A DNA stretch of 64,000 nucleotides from Escherichia phage AidaStucki_Bas93. Location: the sequence record PQ850593.1; one strand, written 5' to 3'. The notes below the pieces were generated by a model. It saw only the letters and a list, made by a program, of their open reading frames with translations. It was not told where the DNA came from and ran no database searches. A program made the translations under genes and the position numbers. Positions 59,468-64,000 of the stretch are shown here, piece after piece (positions within the stretch are counted from its first letter, which is position 1; every line of letters starts with the position of its first letter).

Positions 59468-59546
59468 CGAGGATGACAGGGTTCGAACCTGCATACTCCA
59501 ATTACTTCTTTAACGACCGCTTAGAAGGCGGGGAAGATACATCCTC
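59468..59546 (-). ncRNA. tRNA-like element with a perfect 7-bp acceptor stem, a canonical T-arm, a UCU anticodon-like hairpin, no D-arm and a long variable region
   Basis: T-arm GCAGG-TTCGAAC-CCTGT. Acceptor stem GAGGATG/CATCCTC plus discriminator G. Hairpin CCGC-CUUCUAA-GCGG. Embedded in a 15+5 bp inverted repeat. Confidence 0.35.
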
Positions 59547-59557
59547 GCTAGAAGCTC

Positions 59558-60064
59558 TTATTTATTATTGAAACCCTTGCTCCAGTAATACTTACCATTG
59601 CAAGACCTACTACAAAAATGATTTTGGTTTTCTTTGTGGACCTTGTTACTCCTTCTCTCAAAAGATGTGCCACAATTACTGCAAACCAAAGTTATGACCA
59701 CACCCTTAGGTCTGTTCTCTAAGGTCTTCTTTAAGTGATCATTTGTGCTTAGAATCTGAAGGTTAGATATCTCATCATTGGTTGGATTTTGATCAACATG
59801 ATCTACCTCTTCCTCTGTAGTGAGATATCTTCCTATGTGGCAGGACATTAAGTACCTAGCATAAGAAACAGTAGACCTGTCTTTATCAGAGTTGTAAAGA
59901 TCTACAACCCTTCTCCCCTCTCGATTTTGACGAAGATATCCCCACCTCCAGTCATTGCAGTAGGGATAATCTAATTGTATTTTCAAATTACCTCCTGCTC
60001 TATCCATTGAGCTAAGAGCGCTTAATTTATTTAGATCATATCTCGCTTGGTGATAGGACCACAC
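59558..60064 (-). CDS. HNH homing endonuclease
   Basis: DHVDQNPTNDEISNLQILSTNDH HNH core plus a C-terminal CxxC ... CxxC. Confidence 0.65.
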   Translation of the reverse strand: MWSYHQARYDLNKLSALSSMDRAGGNLKIQLDYPYCNDWRWGYLRQNREGRRVVDLYNSDKDRSTVSYARYLMSCHIGRYLTTEEEVDHVDQNPTNDEISNLQILSTNDHLKKTLENRPKGVVITLVCSNCGTSFERRSNKVHKENQNHFCSRSCNGKYYWSKGFNNK

Positions 60065-60835
60065 ACTTTACATTCATACCAACCTTAAGCACATGCAGGG
60101 AGTGTGATGATTTCAGGTTTACCTTCGAACTCTTCAAACAAACCCAAGAATGTAGGGCTATACGTACCAGTACAAACAAACTCATCAAAGAGTTCATTGT
60201 ATGAGGGCTTAATCTTCCAAGCCCACACATAGCCCATCTTATCAATTGCAATGTAACGAGTGTTTAGAGGAACAGTCATCATCACACCATCAACTTCGAC
60301 CACTTTAGTGATTGGTGCAGCTTGGAAGTTTTTCATACTTTACCCTTAATTAAAACAACAAAGGCCACCCGATTGGGCAGCCTTTTTTATTTGTTAACTG
60401 TTATAGATCCAATTACCTTGCTTGTTACGGATAGTGGACATTGCATGAACCCAGAAGCCTTCCAGTTTCAGAGCACCATTAGTTACTGCATCCATACGTT
60501 CAGGGCGGTTCATACGTTTGGTTGATACTTTCATACCTATCTCTCTCTTTGTTAGTGGAGGCATTATTGCCAGTTGATATAGCAGATAACCCTATTAAAA
60601 GGACTACCGACTATCTAAACTGGTGAAGACTCCCTACCCCTAGAGAGTCTCCTGAATCCCAAACCAATATGTACCCCTACATATCGGAAAGTCTACCGAA
60701 AATTAACAGGTTTTAGTCTAACACCGGATGTTCGAGCAAGCTCTCCCTAGCGGTGTGGCATATGCCTGATTTAATAAGTTAATGAGGAACACCCTCACAT
60801 AGCCCTCTGATAAGCACAAGGGCTATAAGTCGGTG

Positions 60836-61132
60836 TTACTTGTCGGCTTCAATCTCTTGATGCTTAGCTATAGCTACTCTCAAGTCCTCATTAGCACGAG
60901 TAAGGCGTAATACTTCATGGTTGAGATTCTGAAGACGCTTGTTTCTATCTTCAACTTGCGTAATAAGATCATTAAGAGTTTCTTTAACTTTCTCACTATA
61001 CATCTCATCCACTCGGACTAGAGATTTGTACATTCTCTCCCAGCTTGCTGCTTTGTTCCTAAGGATAATAAATCCTATAACGCTGATAGTTAAACAGCTT
61101 ACAAAAAGGAATTTATATATCTCTAAAGTCAT
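60836..61132 (-). CDS. Membrane-anchored coiled-coil protein (98 aa)
   Basis: N-terminal TMD FLFVSCLTISVIGFIIL, then a heptad-rich helix. Confidence 0.35.
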   Translation of the reverse strand: MTLEIYKFLFVSCLTISVIGFIILRNKAASWERMYKSLVRVDEMYSEKVKETLNDLITQVEDRNKRLQNLNHEVLRLTRANEDLRVAIAKHQEIEADK

Positions 61133-61331
61133 ATTATTTACCCTTTATCAGAGATTAAAAGTAATATTATTTAAGTAAGTTATATTTAGTAAACTTATTT
61201 TCTAAGAAATTTTCAAAGGGTCTATATACAGAGCATTACCCATAGTCCCAGAACACTACCATCTTTTTCAATAAATTTACTAAGTGGTTGGTTTATAAAG
61301 GAATTTAGTTTGTCAAATCTGGCACTAGAGA

Positions 61332-61721
61332 TTATTCCCTAGAGCTATTATCGAACACTAAATCACCACAATACATAGGATTGGCATACCATTTTGGCAC
61401 CCCTTCGCTCTTACTCTGAAAGTAAGTCCCACTATACAGCGGAACATAATTCTTCTTAAGGGCACGTTTAGCAAGTCGCTCGCTTTCTCCAATGGCTTGC
61501 TTAGTCATCGGATTTTTATCACGAATCAGCTTTACATAACGTTTATAAGGTTTCTCCTGTTTTAATAGTACCGGAATCCACTCAAACTGGTTCTTTTGTC
61601 TTATCACCTGTTCAGCGGTCAGTTTTCGTTGGGCCATTCTATTTATCACGGTATCCGCAACTAAAGCCTTACATGCGGTTGGCTGATTCCCTGCCTCATA
61701 ATAAATAGTCAATGTCAACAT
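61332..61721 (-). CDS. Cell-wall hydrolase, SleB/Hydrolase_2 family
   Basis: IYYEAGNQPTACKALVADTVINRMAQ ... VIRQKNQFEWIP pattern. Confidence 0.55.
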   Translation of the reverse strand: MLTLTIYYEAGNQPTACKALVADTVINRMAQRKLTAEQVIRQKNQFEWIPVLLKQEKPYKRYVKLIRDKNPMTKQAIGESERLAKRALKKNYVPLYSGTYFQSKSEGVPKWYANPMYCGDLVFDNSSRE

Positions 61722-61859
61722 TAGCTGGGCCGTTGTTATCAGAACTTGCTACCTCCTGTTTTACGGGCATAAAAAAGCCCCAGCCGTAGCCGGGGCAAAC
61801 CTGAAAGCAACGCATGACCATTGCTATAAATACACTCGCAAATGCACTTACAGCAACGC

Positions 61860-61885
61860 AAAAAGCCGCTCAAAGGCGGCTATGT
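61860..61885 (-). terminator. Rho-independent terminator (minus strand)
   Basis: AGCCGCC TTTGA GCGGCT followed by TTTTT on the minus strand. Confidence 0.5.
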
Positions 61886-63186
61886 GGAAGCTTCAAATGG
61901 GGAGAGGGCACGACGCGGCAGAAAGAGCGTCATAGTACTAAAAGAGGGGGCTGCATTCCTACTACTTAACCCTTGCTTCTTTGATGGGGTCAATGTATTT
62001 TTCAACTCCCCACTTGCGTTTACTGTCAGCGTAGAAAACATCAGGTGCACACTGGCTTGTCTTAGGAAATGCTTGCGGGTCTTTCGTGCTACCTTTAAAC
62101 TTCTGTTTACCACGGGTGCGACCATTACAGAAGATCTCTAACTTCTTCTCTTCTTCTGTTTTAGCTCCACCGCTCCGTAATAAAGAGCGTTTATGATCGG
62201 CTAACAATAACGCATCAGCACGATGGACACGATGACCTAAACGTTTTGCCACACTGGAAGGAATAGGAGATTCAGCTTCAGCCTTTGCAGCACGACGTTT
62301 TAAACTACGCTTGCTAATGTGATTAGTTGCCTTTGGTTTCTCTTTCTCCAATTCAGAAATAGAAAAACAACGCCCGCCCTTCATGCTGATTTTAGATTTA
62401 GCCATTATCTTATTCCTTTCAGTGATAAGTTATATCGGGCAAGCCCATCAAGGCGATAGGCTTGAACAAATAACTCAACCAAGTAAACCAAATGATTTCC
62501 AACTACGCAGTAAGATCGTACCATCATCCATAGTTACGCATAATTTTAGTAGTCGCTTACTGGTACTGCTCACCGTTGTGATTCGTCCGGTTGTGCATTT
62601 ACCTTTATTGCTATAAAGATATATAACACGATGGCCTAACAAGCGGGAAGGAGCTTTCTTAAATTCTGAGATGTTAGTGATCATTATCCATATACCTTAA
62701 CATGATTGATTCGACGTGAATGATGATAAGAAGACTCAACAGCCATTGCCTTTAATTCTTCTTTTCGTTGGTTAGTGTGTACAATATCCCAATGATTATG
62801 ATCGTGTTGGCGCTGTAATATCTTACTACATTTGCGATGGTTTCCCGTGCTGCGACGTTTCTCACAAATAGGACACTTGCCAAAATTATTACTGAATATC
62901 ATTTTCTCAATCCTAACTTTCTTAAGACACGGCCTAACGTTGTTTCTTGGGTGATAGTATACCTGACCGCTTCACGTTCCAACGTTTCAATCTTCATTGG
63001 CGACGGATACCATTCACCGGTAAGCATACACCTATACTCAACGCCATACTTTTTAGATAGGCGGTAATGTTGACCGTTGACAAGATTCCTATAAATCGTG
63101 GTATGCGTCGTTAACATAATCGTCACCTTTGATTAGATTCTTTGATTAGTACACTGAATCAATGCACTGATAAAAGAAAAGGCGCT

Positions 63187-63222
63187 ACCCGTTAAAGATA
63201 GCGCCTTATGTTTATTTAGATT
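63187..63222 (-). terminator. Hairpin terminator after the terminal 248-aa gene
   Basis: GGCGCTATCTTTAACGGGTAGCGCC followed by TTTTCTTTT on the minus strand. Confidence 0.5.
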
Positions 63223-63229
63223 GTCTTAC

Positions 63230-63976
63230 TTATGCCGCCTGACGTGCCGCCATAATTTCAGCCGCTTTGCGCAATACTTCTTCTTCTTCTGCTTTCGCCG
63301 CTTGTTCGGTACGGGTAGCAACCGTTGAAGAGATACGACCGCGCAGATTATCTAACTTCTCTTGCATAGCTGCGATGGTCTTTTCCATTTCATCAGCGTA
63401 TGAGTCCAGTGATTCTAGTTCCTTGCTCGATGCGTTCATCAGATAATCATCCGAGATCGCTACCGTCGAGGCCGTGACTTTCTTGATCAGTGAGTCAAAG
63501 GATTTTTTAACCTTCCCTACTTCTTCACTTAAGGCAATAGTGTTATCACTGGTAGCGCCGTTGCGCTCGTCAGCCAGCAATTTAGCTTCAATACGGATTG
63601 CATTCAAGCGGTCAACTAAAGCGTAAATATCCTGATTAAAATCTTCCTTGTTTTTCGCCGGGATTTGCAGGTGTGCCGCCACGTTGTCATTGCAACCTTT
63701 ATAGAAGTTAGGATTATCTACTTCAATTGCACGACCTAACGCAAAGTTTTCGAAAGCATTTGACCAGCGAGCGCGGTTTTGTTCCATTTTGGCCTTAATT
63801 TGCGCTTCTTTCGCATCTTCTTTCGCTTTCGCTTCACCTTCCAGATTAATCCATTTTTTACGACCGTTTGCCGCACCAGTATTAAACTTGATTGGAGTTA
63901 AGAAAGTAATTGCAGTGGCAATAACATCCATATCGCGGAAACGTTCAGTTAACAGAAAATCGACCGCCGCTTGCAA
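63230..63976 (-). CDS. Hypothetical coiled-coil protein with host-like codon usage and higher GC
   Basis: Codon choice (CTG, GCG, CGT, GGC) and about 48 percent GC, against about 42 percent for the rest of the window. Confidence 0.4.
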   Translation of the reverse strand: MQAAVDFLLTERFRDMDVIATAITFLTPIKFNTGAANGRKKWINLEGEAKAKEDAKEAQIKAKMEQNRARWSNAFENFALGRAIEVDNPNFYKGCNDNVAAHLQIPAKNKEDFNQDIYALVDRLNAIRIEAKLLADERNGATSDNTIALSEEVGKVKKSFDSLIKKVTASTVAISDDYLMNASSKELESLDSYADEMEKTIAAMQEKLDNLRGRISSTVATRTEQAAKAEEEEVLRKAAEIMAARQAA

Positions 63977-64000
63977 TACATCTAACTTTTTACCGTTGCT

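Noticed and set aside
59163-59501. The 112-aa version of the ORF, starting at 59501
   Set aside because: The upstream 19 codons read straight through the tRNA-like stem structure and lack an RBS. The internal ATG at 59444 has a GGAGGTG Shine-Dalgarno sequence and starts a classic lipoprotein signal peptide.
59468-59546. Calling this a bona fide tRNA-Arg(UCU) gene
   Set aside because: Only 7 nt separate the acceptor stem from the anticodon-like hairpin, so there is no D-arm, and 23 nt precede the T-arm. It cannot form a canonical cloverleaf, so it is kept only as a tRNA-like element.

Overview
The whole window reads as the genome of a virulent dsDNA bacteriophage; I found no host genes, integrase, att sites, rRNA or CRISPR arrays. 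Two divergent arms meet at a bidirectional terminator near 28.3 kb.

Plus-strand arm (1-28297), packaging, virion and lysis genes:
- terminase large subunit, portal, acidic scaffold and major capsid protein;
- an Ig-like (Big_2) capsid extension that I think is made by a programmed -1 frameshift;
- tail fibers, two Big_2-containing tail proteins and a T4-type endolysin;
- an SLT transglycosylase, Q/N-rich internal virion proteins and a roughly 1435-aa internal protein.

Minus-strand arm (28348-64000), replication, nucleotide metabolism and early genes:
- T7-type primase-helicase and a family-A DNA polymerase whose gene is interrupted by what looks like a group I intron carrying an HNH endonuclease;
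- a free-standing DnaQ-like 3'-5' exonuclease, a 5'-3' flap exonuclease, SSB and PhoH;
- ThyX, thioredoxin, a Dps-like ferritin, dCTP deaminase and a CCA-adding-type nucleotidyltransferase;
- an ECF-like phage sigma factor and five HNH endonucleases in total.

Late promoters appear to carry a conserved TAATGTATA element. By inference from memory, not a database search, the sigma factor, the promoter motif and the strand layout resemble phiEco32-like (Kuravirus-type) coliphages.

The most unusual content is a roughly 9.4 kb minus-strand block (47430-56809). It encodes two GCS2/glutamine-synthetase-fold amidoligases, a RimK-like ATP-grasp ligase, a class-II (Ntn) glutamine amidotransferase and a gamma-glutamyl-cyclotransferase-like protein, plus three proteins of unknown function. 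I read it as a ribosome-independent amide-bond or peptide-modification system with no characterised product. The amidotransferase gene has no canonical start before its catalytic Cys: the only options are a non-AUG (ATT) initiation codon or readthrough of an in-frame TAG.

Other items worth a second look:
- a D-arm-less tRNA-like element closed by a 15-bp stem, next to an HNH gene;
- an overlapped Rz/Rz1-like spanin pair far from the endolysin;
- a promoter and inverted-repeat hub at 33262-33680;
- a twice-repeated 18-nt motif in the early region;
- a terminal gene with host-like codon usage.
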